Below are positions 1 to 13,800 of a stretch of DNA of 64,000 nt, in pieces. How positions within the stretch are numbered: the first letter of the stretch is position 1; each line of letters starts with the position of its first letter. The translations under genes and the position numbers were made by a program. This DNA comes from Eremomyces bilateralis CBS 781.70. Lineage: Eukaryota. Below the pieces are notes generated by a model, which worked only from the letters and a program-made list of their open reading frames with translations, was not told the DNA's origin and did no database searches. The stretch lies in the NCBI GenBank assembly GCA_010015585.1, contig ML975152.1; one strand, 5' to 3'.

Positions 1-324
1 ACGTAGTCTAGATGTATCGGCTCACGATTCGGGCAACAGACGAGGGTGTTCCGCCGGTTCTGATGAAGATACTGGAGCAACGCTTGTCGCAGGGGTCATG
101 ATAGGATGGAAACTGTCATATCATATTTGGGCAGCATTGCCTACATATCAAGAACGTTGTTTACTAGCCTTTTTGGTGCGACATAATTGCGAGGGGTCGT
201 ACCCCGGGACTGGTGGAAAATGACTTGAGCGACGTGATAGGTACTCAGGAAACATTGTGGTGATTAATCTCCTTCTTTGTTCATAGTTTTCATATTCATC
301 TCACTCATGAGAAGAGCTATGCGG

Positions 325-1232
325 TCATGACGGCTGGGATTCCGAAGCATCCTCTCGAACCTTGGCCTCCTTTCTCGGTGGCCTTTCCCCGAATATCGTA
401 CTCCCTACCCTCACTTCGCTACTGCCCATTGCAATTGCACCTTCATAATCGGAGCTCATTCCCATGGACAAATCTAGGTCCTCGGGCTTCAGCCCTAGCT
501 TGGAAGCAACTTCGTCCCGCGTGCTCCGCAATGTGATGAAATCTTCGTTTTCATTCTCCAGCGTGGTAGCAACTGACCGTGCAATCGAGCCGATCGTCAT
601 TAGCCCGGATAGACGCAGATGCGGACATGAAGAGATGATATGTTGGCATAGAGCCGGTGTCTCGCTCGGCTCGCAGCCACTCTTATTCCTCTCCCCAGAT
701 GTGTTGACCTGGACAAGCACGCGTAGCTTTTCATCCAATTCCTCCGGCTTGCTCTCATTCTCCGTTTTCTGAGCATTAGGTGAGTTGGCCAACGCGGCCC
801 GTCCCTTCTCGAGAGCATCCGCCTTCTTTACCTCATCTACGCTAGAGACACACCATAGGTTCGGGATGCGCTCGGCAAGCGGCTTGCACTTGTTCGTCTG
901 TAGTCCTCCGATGAAGTGCCATTTTATCGATCGGGGAAGGATCGCCGCCTTCTCCTGCAACTCCTGCACATAGTTCTCGCCGAAATGCGATTGCGGGTTG
1001 GACGATGCAGTATGTAATGCGAGGATGTCATTTGCTGGCTTGAGTTTTGAAACAGCCACGAGGCGCACCTGAATTTACACATGTCAGCCAATTTCCATGT
1101 GTTGAAGAATGCTATTCGTGATTCAAATACCTGCTTACCCTTGCTGGCACGGTTTATGCTCTTGAGCACTTGGGCTATGTTCTCGCTCAACTGAGCGGTT
1201 CGTTGCGGATTGATCTGCATGTCGGATGCCAT
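325..1232 (-). CDS. Pyridoxal phosphate homeostasis protein (YggS/PROSC family), 2 exons
   Basis: Motifs VRLVAVSKLKP, FGENYVQEL, WHFIGGLQTNK, VQVNTSGE, LSMGMSSD, VRVGSTIFG. ATG at 1232; GT..AG intron 1130-1069 joins the two ORFs. Confidence 0.93.
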
Positions 1233-1649
1233 TGTTCTGGGGAAATCTCACATCAGGGTAGCCCTGCAACAGATCCTTTGAGCGCTAAGATAATTGTCGC
1301 ATGAGACTGTTTAATGCATGGGCTGTAGTAGATGTAGATACTTCAATTGTTGATCCGCTGATGAACTCCACTGTCTATGATATGGTACTTGGACGCACGT
1401 GACTAGATCTTTCCTCATTCCGGTTTTGATATTGCTTTGAAATTCAACTTTTATAAAAGGTTTTTTTCGTAAATAGGCTTTGGTGTAAACACTAGACACC
1501 CACTCGTCTATCGTCGACAGTTATCTGACTCCTGATGCGCCTTATTCCAGAAAGCTGGTGGAGTCGTGATCCGTACCACAAGCATTTACCTGGAGCATAT
1601 CATTAACTATTATTACCATATGGTTAACTACCCCTATTTGCCTTGAACA

Positions 1650-2590
1650 GTTCAACTTTAGACAACGACAAACGTCATCAAGCTGTGCGCTATCTATCCA
1701 AGCCGGCGAACCTATCATCCCCATCCCCACTCTCCTAAACTTCTTTGAACCCTGCTCCGCAGGTTCCAATATGGATAGCAATATCCAATGCATCGTAGCG
1801 CCCCGTCCATTATACTCAGGCGTGAAGCCTCCTTTCTCCTTCTTGCATAAGATTTAGGATAAACTATCTCTGACGACCATGACTCTACTCCTAAGTCTCT
1901 AGGGTCTCTTAGTCCTCTCACTTCCCGGCCCTTTATCTCTGATTCCGAAGGATGAATTCGATACCTGTCTGGCTCGTCACGAAGTGATGCGTTGACGCAA
2001 AGATAATCAAGCCTGCTGCGCTGCTCTTCTGGTTGCAAGTCTATTACCCAAATATGCACATCATCGCTTGTATCCATGCTGGGTTTTCCAGTGACATTCT
2101 GTTTGGGACCCAGAGTGGATCGAATTCCAGGCGTGGTATTGCCAGCAGAGCTAAGCCATACAGATTGGTTGGTAGATTTCGGTTCTCTCATCATCGAAGA
2201 GCACAAAGCCAATCGCCTCATCGAATGCTTCACTTCCGACCAGATGTACGTGGTGAAGCGATCAATTTTTCATATAGCATTCCCACAGAAGCCTCGACTC
2301 AGGCGAAAATCTCGCATCTTGACGCAGCCATTTTCACCGCCATCGCTTCCCTCCCTTCCCCTATGGAATAGCAGAGGCCTTTACACGCCGGAGTGGTGCT
2401 CGGCAGCTCAACTCGCCACACTCGGATATCTCGACATCTCCTTCTACGACGCTCACCCCTCTGAAAGAAGAGATATTGCGTCTTCCAGAAAAACTTGCCC
2501 ACTGCCCGGGAGGCGTCCTCCTCAGGGGCTTGCTTTCCGGCAAACCCCTGAACTCCTCCGCAGCCGAATGACGCCTTTCAGTATGTGATG
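1650..2590 (-). pseudogene. Possible degenerate C-terminal part of a HET-domain-type protein
   Basis: Fragmented frames. RTPPGQWAS resembles the APSWSWAS motif and LILEP..KFRRVGMG-like text resembles HET C-termini. No intact ORF; the 5' side abuts the transposase remnant. Confidence 0.3.
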
Positions 2591-2599
2591 GGCATGGTT

Positions 2600-3441
2600 C
2601 TTATGCCACAATGGAGGTTATGAAGTTGGAGACGGAAAATCGTGTTTTTGTCTTGTTTTTTCCTACTCACGCTTCCTACCTCCTCCAGCCCTTTGATGTT
2701 GCATGTTTTTCACCCCTGAAGTCAAGATATTATAAGGAACCCAGCCAACTAATCTTTCTTGATGGTTTAGCACCTGTTAAAAAGTATAAATTTATATCTA
2801 TATATCACGAATCATGAACCTAAGCTCTTAATATATATAATATCCGTGCAGAATTCCGTAGAACCGGAATGGTCCCATATAACCCTTAAAAAGTTATTGA
2901 ATAGCACCCAATTGAATCAGAATCATAAAATACTACGTCCTGTAATCCCCGAACCCAGTTTCTCTATACCATTCAACACACCGAAGGGGCCGAGAGACGT
3001 ATATCGTCAAAAATTCTATGGGATGAGACCGAGAGATTTCAGGCAGTTTCAGGGGAAAGTCGCGAAGGCGATTTCGGACAAGAACACGGAAATCGCACAG
3101 CTCAAAGCGGAGGTTCTAAGACTACAGAACACAGTGACAGCTCTAGGCGGGCCTACGGGTTAAAAACGGAAAAGGGTAATACCCAATCCGAATGAAAGAT
3201 TTGTCCAACTTGAACAAATTTTTGCGGCAGAGGAGGCGGCCAGGGAGGCGGAGGAAAAGGCGACAAAACGTGCAGAACAGGTCACGGCAACTACAAGATT
3301 CTACGTTCGAGCCCATGTATTTAGAATTTCAAGTATATTAATAGAAAATTATATGGTGGCTGTTGAATTACGCAGATTCTATATTACTGCTCCGTGCCAT
3401 TAGACTTTTGAGGGGGTGCACGGAAACCGAAGGTGTTGACT
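2600..3441 (+). mobile_element. Fot1/pogo (Tc1-mariner) DDE transposase remnant with one terminal inverted repeat
   Basis: FFPTHASYLLQPFDVACFSPLK matches the fungal DDE_1 motif, with stops and frameshifts. The right end reads AGTCAACACC... on the minus strand (Fot1-like TIR start) and is followed by TA at 3442-3443. Confidence 0.8.
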
Positions 3442-5250
3442 TAACGCTGAGAATGGTGACGGGAGCAGTTGCTGCTTAAGAGTAACGTCTTCCAAACGAA
3501 CGATATTATCACAAGGCAAACAATGGCAATATTGTGGCCACGATTTCACCGCGGACTTTTGAGCTCTAGTGAGATCCTAACTAGGTAAGAAGATATAAAG
3601 TTGCTATCATGTCGGGTGCCGATATCGCTGGAATTGGCGGATTGCCTAGTTTACCCACACTTCTCCAGGTATTAATACCATATCTCCAGGTGTACTGAGT
3701 ACTCAACCGAAGGTTCCTAAGTTACCATACGTCCATACCATATGGAAGTGGGACATGGGGGACCATTTTTATTTCTCCCCATGGGCCGACCGAAGTTGAC
3801 CCGAACGGGCGCAGGAATCAATCAATCAATCATTTTTATTTTGGAGAACATCGTCACTTTGCAATGCTGAATGGTGCTGGAACCTCGTATCGTGAGTTGA
3901 TTTCTGCTGAATTGTTTATCCCAACAATACCACCCCAGAAACTGACCCTATAGCCCCCCAGCACGCTTGAATGGGACAGACTCTGCTCTGTGCTAATTAG
4001 GAAATACAGGATTGCGCGTGCTAGAGCGGAGTATCGTACTCTAGCGTAGATACCGTGATACGTACCGTTAGCGGATTACCAACGAGAATTTCCCCTCACC
4101 ACTCATCAGGATCCAATCGTTCCGATTTAGCTTGAGGTTTAAGTGAGCTATTGCTAGGATGTGAACGCCGGGCGAAGACGTCGCAGCTGTCAACGGAGCA
4201 AGCGACCAATTACCTCCCCCCATCATTACTAGTACACTGTGTATATGGATTGACTGTAGTACAGAATGCAGAGGCAAGGTCTCAAGAGGGAATGATTCGG
4301 CATACCGATCATGACTCGTTCATGCCTTGGATCTCGTGGTCCTAGCCTTTTGGTCGTTCCTCGTTTTGCTCGGCATGTGTTTTCGTCTTACTCCCATTTC
4401 TGGAATGTCTATAGAATAAGGTACCTTATGGAAACCTCTGAAGCACTCTGGGCATCACGACTTACATGCCCCAAAGCTTAGGCGAACGCCAGCAGATCTC
4501 AGCTAGCAGAAAATATCGCGAAGAGCATGGGATACTTCAGGAATCGGGATGTCGCCACTTACCAGACAGCACATCTTCGTTTTCAACAAGCTGCTGATGA
4601 TATTACATACCTCATCGAAAATAATCGGTCTGAGCAGTGAGCAGCACTTTTCATCGGCTGGGGCTACTGGAACAGACCCAGACCACGAGGTCTCAAAAAT
4701 TACCTAGCGAATCCGGGCTGCAGGTTGTTCCCTTATTTCCGGGTTTAAATCTTCCAGTTCAAGCCCACTATTTGAGCTTCAATTCGCTAGCCCTACAACA
4801 GGGAGCATGAATCGTTCCCGGCCAACATCGTGGGCCCCCCAGCAGTTCGCGGGGAATTGGGGATACGCTACCACCCGCTTTCCCTCTTTCACCTAGTCAC
4901 TCTCTACATCATGAATCACTATCCTGCCTGATGGAACTGAATATGTGCTTCATAAATGCACGCAATTCGTTGCCGACTTCGTGATGCTCAGGGGAGCTCC
5001 CCGCACAATCTAGACTTGGCATATCTGTAGACCTCCATACCCTCGGGTTTAAGATAGGTATCCAGACTTGCCTGGTGTCTGAGAAGCCATTCCCCGCTTA
5101 TGCTTATCGTATAAGTAACGACTTGACCTTTCCGGTGCCGCATTGAAGTCATTTTGGTTAACGCTTCATTCTTCCGTCCTTTCTAGTCAGTCCCAGTAAC
5201 TCTCTCTTGGTTTGACTTGGGATATTTTATTTGCTTCGTCGATCGCCATC

Positions 5251-7078
5251 ATGTCACAGGAGAACAAAGTCGACACTGATGTTAAGGATGATAAGGAAGC
5301 TCCACGGGTGATCGTGGAGGACCACGTGAAGGCGGCGACTGTGGACACGATCCATGGTGATGAGGCCATGAAGGTCCTGGCGAACTACCGCGGTGAGGAG
5401 ACTTGGACCGAAGAGGAGGAAAAGAAACTCAGGCGCAGAATCGATTTTAAGCTGATGCCCATCCTATGTATAACCTATGGCCTTCAGTTCTATGATAAAG
5501 CTATGCTATCTCAAGCCGTAAGACAATCGCGCTTTGGGTCCTTGTTAACCCACGAACCATCATGGCTGACAGATCCTTTAGGCGCTCTTTGGATTGCGAT
5601 CCGATTTGGATCTCAATGTTGGGGATCGATACTCCTTTTCCTCCGCCATCTTCTACTTGGGATTCATTGCCGGCTCCTATCCAGCCATTGTTATGGCGCA
5701 ACGATGGCCGATTGAGCGAGTTGCTGCTGCCATTGTCATCATCTGGGGCGGTTGTTTGCTGGCAACAATTGGCTGCACGACATGGAAACATCTCTACGTA
5801 CAGCGCTTCTTCCTAGGATTTCTCGAGTCAGGCATTTCTCCAATGTTCATGATGGTAGTTGGCGGTTCGTGAAATACCTAGAACTGATAAAAATCTCGGC
5901 AAAAGCTAACGGTAAGGATAGGATGGTATAAGAAGGATGAACAGGCATTGCGAATGGGTAAGTGCAGTCTATATAAAAGAAATATCTCCGTCTGATTGAC
6001 GGGCAAAGGTATGTGGTACTGCTGTACCGGTTACATCTCTATGGTGTCCCCTCTGATTAACTACGGACTGGGCCATATTAAGGGGGGTCGTTTGAGCTCA
6101 TGGCAGTACATGTACCTCGTTGCTGGTCTACTGACGGTGCAAGTTCAATCTTATTCCTTTAACATACATTGGGATGCCTGGCTAATGAGAATACTAGTAT
6201 CTGGGGAGTCTGCATCTTTTTCTTCCTGCCTCCGGATCCAGTTCGTGCTAAGGGCTTTAATGATCGCGAGCGATATATTGCCGTTGCGCGCATACGATCC
6301 AACAATACCGGCGTCCGAAACACCCATTATAAGTTCGACCAGGTCGTTGATGCGCTCACAGACATTAAATTTTGGATCATGTTCGCCATGGCTTTCTTGA
6401 TTATGATCGCGAACGGACCTGTGGCCACCTTCAGTCCTATCATAATCGCTGGTTTTGGCTATAGCACCCTTAACTCGTTACTCCTTACCATGCCAGCGGG
6501 AGCCATTATCGGTACGATCGAGTGGGTGGCTCCGTATATTGCTTATAAGGTCCCTAATACTCGAAGCTACATTGTTGTTGTATGCCAGGTCGGTACCATT
6601 ATTGCCAGCTTGTTGCTTTGGCTCCTGCCGCGCTCTCAAAAGGGCGGCCTCCTTTTCGGCGTTTTCATCCTGGCATCATTTGGAGGTGGCTATGCCGTCC
6701 AGATGGGTCAACAGATTGCCAACACCGCTGGGTATACCAAGCGAAGTGTCACTAGCTCAGGAATCTTCATAGGATATTGCTTAGGTAAGTTGGCTTCAAG
6801 ATACAGCTTCCGAGAACTTTGAATGTGCTAACAATGCCATTGCAGGCAACATTGTCGGACCTCTAGTTTTCAAGCCAAAGGATGCCCCAGCCTATGCCCC
6901 CGGATTCGTCGTTGTGCTGGTCACTTCCATCATCGCAGCAGTTCTGGCGATTCTCTATCGGTTTCTCTGCGTGTGGGAGAACAAGCGCCGGGACGCGGAA
7001 GGTGCCGAAGGATTTGAGCATGCTTATGACGATGACCTCACAGACCGGAAGAATCCGCAATTCCGGTACCAATTGTAG
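5251..7078 (+). CDS. MFS transporter, allantoate permease (DAL5-like, ACS family), multi-exon
   Basis: Motifs KLRRRIDFKLMPIL, QFYDKAMLSQA, RFFLGFLES, NTAGYTKR and C-terminal DDLTDRKNPQFRYQL*. Several GT-AG introns. Confidence 0.9.
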
Positions 7079-8132
7079 AAGATATGGGAAGAGAATTCGA
7101 TTGTCCGACTATATATTCTATGATAAATCGTTTTCTAGTGTTAGTAACTTGAAAGGTTTCACTCATGGGATCGTGGTTCAAGGATCCTCATACCTACCTC
7201 AACGAGTCTCTATTACATGATATCATTTAGTGAATCCTGGTATGTAAAATTTGCCAGGTCCAATACAATCAGGAAAAAGAGATCCGCCATTTTTATGGAT
7301 TGACGGATCGAGGGTAAGGAAAGAAACAGAGAGCGGTCCGCCATTGCGGACTGGGAATAAGTATCAGCACCAGATATACAACTGAACGGATAATGTTAGG
7401 AATAGAGAAACTGAGGAACGCCTCTCTTGGGACTTCTAGACTTCACCAGAGTACCAGTACGTAGTGCGATCGTGGTGTGCTCCAGACCTGCGAGCTTGTA
7501 GCTTCTCCTTCAGTGAGTATTCCTGTCTGGCGCTTAGAAGTGGTATTTATTGAAACTTATGCTGTACGTTTCCACTGCCTGTCTGCATTACATAGTTTGT
7601 TACTTTATCGGGCACAGCGATATATCGATTTGGTAAAGGAGAACCAATAGCCGCCACAACACCACAATAAGGATTAAGGACCCTTGAGCCTCTACCCCTG
7701 ACAGCTGAGCACAAAGTTCAAAGCTTCGCATTGGCTTTGCAGGCCAGGCAACTTGAAAGTCTAGAACATCTGCCACGAGATCTTTGCAATTCGCATATTC
7801 AGGAGATTGACAGAGATCTTGCTTAAGAAGACGTGGTTTGCGTCATAAGACAGGATAGACGACTTCAAAGACATCCGCGCTCATATAGTATCAATTGCTA
7901 AAAACATCTGAGCCATTGCCCTCGATATATCTACAGCTAGTATGCCTTTCCTGCAAATATTTGAAATCGGCGACCATTTAGTCCCCATGACTTCGAACGC
8001 TGACCGAACGCCACCCACGGTCGAGACGCATGAGTATATTAACGAACAGTACCGTCGACATTTGCGCCGCTCATTTTCAAGTTCTGTAGCACAACCCGTC
8101 AGTCATTTCTTGTCTCGATTTTTTCCAACATC

Positions 8133-9542
8133 ATGGTCAGCAAGATGATGGCGACTGCTCTGGCAGTCAGCACTCTCTTGTCTACAACATCTGCTCGTTG
8201 AAGAAGCGAAATCAAGACCTCTCCCCCCCATGTGCATACCCTTATACTGCATTTGTCTACTCAGGGTGCTATGTCGACAGCGTTGATAGCAGATCCCTTC
8301 CGTTGATCGCTCCACTGGAATTCGACAATATGACCGTCGAAGCATGCACCTCTTTCTGCAAGGTAACTTAGCACTCTTCAACCATAGCCCACGGAAGTTC
8401 ATCAGATGTAGGGCAATAACTATCGATATGCTGGCCTCAAGTACTTCGGGCAATGCTTCTGCGGCGGCACTGTCCACAGTGCTGCTACACCAGAGTCAGA
8501 TTGCAATTTTCCTTGCAGAGGGGACGAGACTCAAGTATGCGGTGATACCGATCGTCTGTCCATCTACCAAGATCCAACTTTCCCTGATGCAGACGGGGTC
8601 GCTGAATCTACGGACTATATGTCCCTTGGGTGCTATACGGAAGGATCGCCGGGCCGTGCTCTTGCTGTATTCTAAGATCAGTTGGACAGTAGCCAAATGA
8701 CCACTGATCTCTGTTTATCCACCTGCGGCTATAAAGGATATCCGTTCGCCGGCACCGAGTGGTCTGGGGAGAGTTACTGCGGGACCGCGTTGGGGAATGG
8801 AACGAACCCAGTCGATGCGTCCCAATGTAACATGCCCTGCAATGGCAATCCTTCCGAAACGTGCGGAGGCAGTCGTCTGCTGAACGTATTGTGGCAAAGG
8901 GTATAGAATCAACTGACCCTTGCGAGGCTCCAGAGCCATCATCATCTACATCATCTACTACTATGAGAGTAAATAATCCAGCATTTTGAGTCGTCTTACT
9001 GACAGCTTTTGTTGGATGTCAACCACCGACATCCCCTCTGCTACTTATACTCCACCCCCTCCGCCGAGTAGCACGAAGACTACTACTCACATCCCAGCTC
9101 CTACGCCCTCGTGTCTTTGCGCCACTCCAGCCCCTTACGCTGGTACCAATGCCGTTGGCGGCTATCAGCTTCCTTGTGTCGGCTGCAATGACATGGGACC
9201 TAACCGCCACCAAAAGCCATTCAAGCTTTCAACGATAAGGACTTCGGAAGGTGTCCAAGTTATAAGAAAGATCGGCTCGAGGATGCATGCCAAGATGCCT
9301 GTACAACTCAGTACAAGTGGTGTATGAGCTACGCTTTCAGCTGCCTCGACCGCCGCAACCGGGACGCTCCTGAGAGCTTCACTATCGCCCAGAAGAGGTG
9401 TGGTGATCAGTACAAGGCATGCTGGTCGGCGAACAAAAATGTGAAATATGATGGTCGCTGTGATACGGACAAAGATGACAAGCCCTACACCAGGAGGGAG
9501 TGGTATGACTGGTGTAGGAATTGGTTGAATCTGTGGTTTTGA
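8133..9542 (+). pseudogene. Secreted tandem-WSC-domain protein, disrupted
   Basis: Signal-peptide-like start at 8133 and two WSC repeats (YSGCYVD..MTVEACTSFC..CFCG..CNFPC..CG; LGCYTEG..LCLSTC..FAGTEW..CNMPCNGNPSETCGG). Frameshift near 8195 and in-frame TAA at 8673-8675. Confidence 0.8.
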
Positions 9543-9756
9543 ACGGATGCCTGTATAACCCGATGCCAATACCACAAATACTTCTTACCTTAATCGTATT
9601 ACCATCTAATGCTTCAACACTAGAATTACGTGACTACTACTCATGCTGATGAGTGACTGTCTGGTGAACCGCTTGGAGAGGTGTTGGTGCCTATATTGAG
9701 CTCCCTTCAATTCGCTTTCTCTGACACCTTCCATTACTGTTTTTCTGCCACGTTGA

Positions 9757-11637
9757 TAGAGCTCGGCACGGATATACGGATACCGCGGATCATCCGCGAA
9801 TATGGCCTATCCGGATAGAAGAGGCTATCGAATCTCGTTAGAACTTTTTGCAAGTCCCTAAGCCAGGTCCATTCGTTTGAGGCTATTTCTAGGGATTGGA
9901 TCTCTGGGTGACCTTGACAAACTCTATTAGCTGCTTTTGAGAGCGAATAGCGTCGTCGATCATTCGGAATGTCGAGTTCCATCGAGTTGCAACATCATAT
10001 CGAATAAGGTTACTCGGGAGCTCGCATAGAGAGCAGAAGCGCTTCCAGTTCTGAATACGTTGTGGAGATCCTTGGATCCACAACGATAGGATCCGGATCT
10101 TCTCGATTGCTGAGTGTTCTACCGGCGGTCCAAGTCCGAATCGCAGTCGGTCGACATACTCTGCAGCCGCTTGGCGAGATCCACTGCGGAGATCCCCCAG
10201 TATATCCTTGACAATCAGATTCAGAATATGAGCAAGGCAGCGAACGAAGCTCTGAGAGCCGCGAAACCGAAAGGGGAGGTTGTCGCCGAGTGAAGGATCA
10301 GTTAGATCGGTAGAGGATGAACTGGGGCCGTATTCCGCAAGCAAGTGGCCATACAACTCGCTCACCATCACGTCGTTGCTTGAAGCGTTGTCCGCTGTTA
10401 CCGCTAGGAGCTTGCTGCTAATCTAAAGTTCTTGGAGAATCTCATATAGGATCTTTGCAAGATTCCCCCCGCTGTGCGTTCCTACAACGAACTTAGCACT
10501 AAATAAACTGATAACTATCAGTAAATAGACTTACCTTCAATCTCTGTAAACTTTAATACTCTCTCTTTAAACTCAAAGGTAGGGGTTAACCATGAACCGA
10601 TGATCGCCACTATCGAGATGCTGTTCGTGTTCGTCCAAGCGTCCGTAGACAGCGAGACAGTACTGCATGTGCTGGCCAACTCTGCAATAAGGGCTTCCCG
10701 GGATTCTAGGAACTACCTCTCAAGACTTCGCTTTACGCTTCTCGCGGAGCTCGTAGGATCTCGTGATGTTGCTGCTGCTCTTAGCATATTTCGGAAGGCC
10801 GGACTCTCTACGGAAGAGAATGCAATCTTATCAACAACGACCCATTTAAGGAGAGCTTCTTCGAAGGAATCCGCTACCGGATCTAAAGCCGAAGTCGAAG
10901 AGACCCAGCTAGCGAGGGAATTTGGTGGAACGAGCGAGGGTGTTGTTGAGCGCGAGTGATTGCGTGCGTTGTCGATAAATGGCGGGTAAGATTGCTCGTA
11001 GAACCCTACAAGAGGCCTTCGTTCGATGACCAGCGACATCCTGGCTTTATACAACAAACCAGTTTTGATCTGTTATCGGTTGAAAAGAAGGCCAGACCCA
11101 GCACTTATGCTTCTTCCTATTCCTGCCACCACGATTGATAGGCAACACGCTCCCTAGTGGTTGTTCTAGAGAATTATGAGAAATAGAATCTGCAGAATAC
11201 ATTAAACTATCCTGTGACACCGATGACGCCGTGATACTAAGATCTACCGGTTCTAGAACACTACCGTTGTACTCTGAGTTCTCCTCGTCTGTTCCGTCGT
11301 TTAGGTCATGATAGTTGAGTCGTAGGGCCCGAGGCTCTCGCTGGGAGAAGCTTAGAAAGGAACCTGGCGAAGACATTGGCGATATGTCCCTATATGTTGA
11401 TGCTTAAAGAGGCTGCAGGGCAATTAAAGAGATTTTTTACGGATAGCCTCAAGGGTTTCACGGAAATATTGGCGGATATATTTGCGGGTACGGATAATTA
11501 TCCGGATAGGAATTCTCTATCCGTGACCGGTGTATTTCACGGATCGAATACGGATACAAAGTTTCGCGGATCGGATATTATCCTAGTATGGCTGGTTGGG
11601 CTGGTGTATCCGTGAACTCGATCCGTGCCGAGCTCTA
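9757..11637 (-). mobile_element. hAT DNA transposon, internally deleted and inactivated
   Basis: Perfect 17-bp TIRs TAGAGCTCGGCACGGAT (9757-9773 and 11621-11637). Transposase motifs VTADNASSND, VRCLAHILNLIVKDIL and DVATRWNST. In-frame stops; subterminal CGGATA repeats. Confidence 0.92.
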
Positions 11638-12293
11638 ACTGTCTGTGACGTTGAGTTATATTGTAGTATCTACTTGCGCCCCACGCTCATTAGGAACAAT
11701 GGTAGCTAATGGGTGCAAATAATTCCTTTATTGGTTGCAGTTAGCAAGGGTGTGCGTCTGCTGTTACGAATTGATTAATAAGGTAATTCTGAGTGGAGAC
11801 CTTGACTAAATTTAATTAGCGCATTATATAATACAAATAATATTCAAGTAGGTCAGTGATGAGTGATAACTGATGACGAAATATTCCCAAAGAAGCGAAA
11901 TTGTGTAGTTACCAGTACCGTATGGTATCCATCCCAGTTTCGGTCACACTGCATCCAAATGCAATAATGCAGGCGGTTGGAAAACGTCCTGTATACCGTT
12001 CCTAGCCGACCTCATCTTCAGTCTGGGGTTGAAATTGGCATATCACCGTAATTAAGTCGGACAAAGGTAACGTTATTGATAGTCTGATAGGCTTTGGTTC
12101 AACCCCTCATGTTGAATTCTTCCACTCGACCCAATGACGCGGGTGGTACGACAGCAAAGTCCGGAGCCTCGACGTTAGGTATGATGAGATGATTTCCCAT
12201 TTCCCCCACGAACTGGCTTAAAATCCAGCTTCCACTCCTCAATCCTAAAGAATGTGAGTAATTGTTTGATGTTTGGAGAGAACATACAGCGAT

Positions 12294-13800
12294 ATGGCTT
12301 CTCAACCAATTCCGCAACCACCCGGTGTGCCCATTCTTGGGAACATCTTTGACATAGACCCGAATAACACTTGGGTCTCGCTCAAGACTCTGGCGGACAA
12401 GTATGGTGAGTTGATTTCCAAGATCAATCAACCATCTGCTGACACATCTAAGGCGAGATATTCAAGATCAAAGCTCTTGGACATCAGATCGTCTTCATCT
12501 GCTCCGCTTCTCTCCTCGAAGAGGTCTGCGATGAGACACGTTTTCGGAAATGCGTCACCGGTCCTATTGTGGAAATTCGATATTCCGTCAATGATTCCCT
12601 CTTCACCGCGTACGACCATGAACCCAGCTGGGGTATCGCGCATAGAATCATGGCGCCGGGGCTTTCCACATCGGCGATCCGAGGACAGGTTCCAATCATG
12701 CAAGAGGTTGCGGAACAGCTAACGGCGAAATGGGCGGGCTCTGAGGAAATGCCGGAAGGCGGTCGTCAGTTCAGCGTCGTGGATGGCCTCCGGCGATTGA
12801 ATATTCAGTCCACCGTCAAGTGCCTCTTCAGTCAAGATATCTCCTGCTTAGAGGGAGTAGAGCCTCCCGTCATCGGCGCGATGGAAGGGTAAGTGGCTAA
12901 ATCCGCCAACCAAAGGGAGATACCTTACTAGCATATTATAGTGCGACTCAAGAGGCGGTAAAGCGTCCCACAAGGCCGAAACTACTAAACTCTTTGCTGT
13001 ATCAGCGAAAGTTCGAGGCGTACACGAAAACAATGCGAGATTTTGCGGCCGAGATTGTGCTTAAGCGGCAGTCCCAACATACCACTGGGGACATGCTCGA
13101 CGCTTTGCTGCATAGAAAGGACCCAGAAACGGGCAAAGGCCTTACTGAACGGGAGATCATTGACGAGATTGTGTCCTTACTAATCGGCAGCGTCACCGCT
13201 CCTAACTTTCTCGCATTCGCCCTCTACTACCTCCTAAGGAACCCGCGAGAGCTCAAAATTGCACAGGAGGAAATCGACTCGGTCTTTCCCAACGGCGAGC
13301 GGATGACCCATGAGCATTTCGCACGGTTGCCGTACTGCGAAGCCATCCTTCGAGAATCGATGCGTCTGTCGACGCCAGCTCCGGGGTTCAACATCGAGCC
13401 TCTGCCGTCCGAACACAACAGAGGCCCAATCCAGCTGGCAGGCGGAAAGTACGAGATCCCGGCGAACCAGCCGATGATCTCGGTTCTCGCCGCTGTCAAC
13501 CGGGATCCAGTCGTGTTTGCTGACCCCGAGGTATTCCGACCCGAGCGAATGCTCGGGGTCGCGTACGGAAGGATCCCTGAAGGGGTGAAGAAAGGATTCG
13601 GGAACGGGAAGCGGCAATGCATCGGGAAGTCGTACGCTTGGCAGTGGTCGGTCGTGACGTTGGTCACCATTCTGAGAGACGTCGATCTGAATATCGCGGA
13701 TCCTGGCTACCAACTGAAGATGGATGGTGCGTTTAGTTTGAAACCAGTGGGCTTCTTTGCAGTGGCTTCCCACAGAGCGAGGGCGCCTCGATTGACCTAA
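12294..13800 (+). CDS. Cytochrome P450, CYP505/CYP102-like heme domain without fused reductase, 3 exons
   Basis: PIPQPPGVPILGNIFDID N-terminus, SLFTA..EPSWGIAHRIMAP, ExxR (ESMR), FRPER, heme motif GFGNGKRQCIG. Introns at ~12406-12452 and ~12889-12941. Confidence 0.9.
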
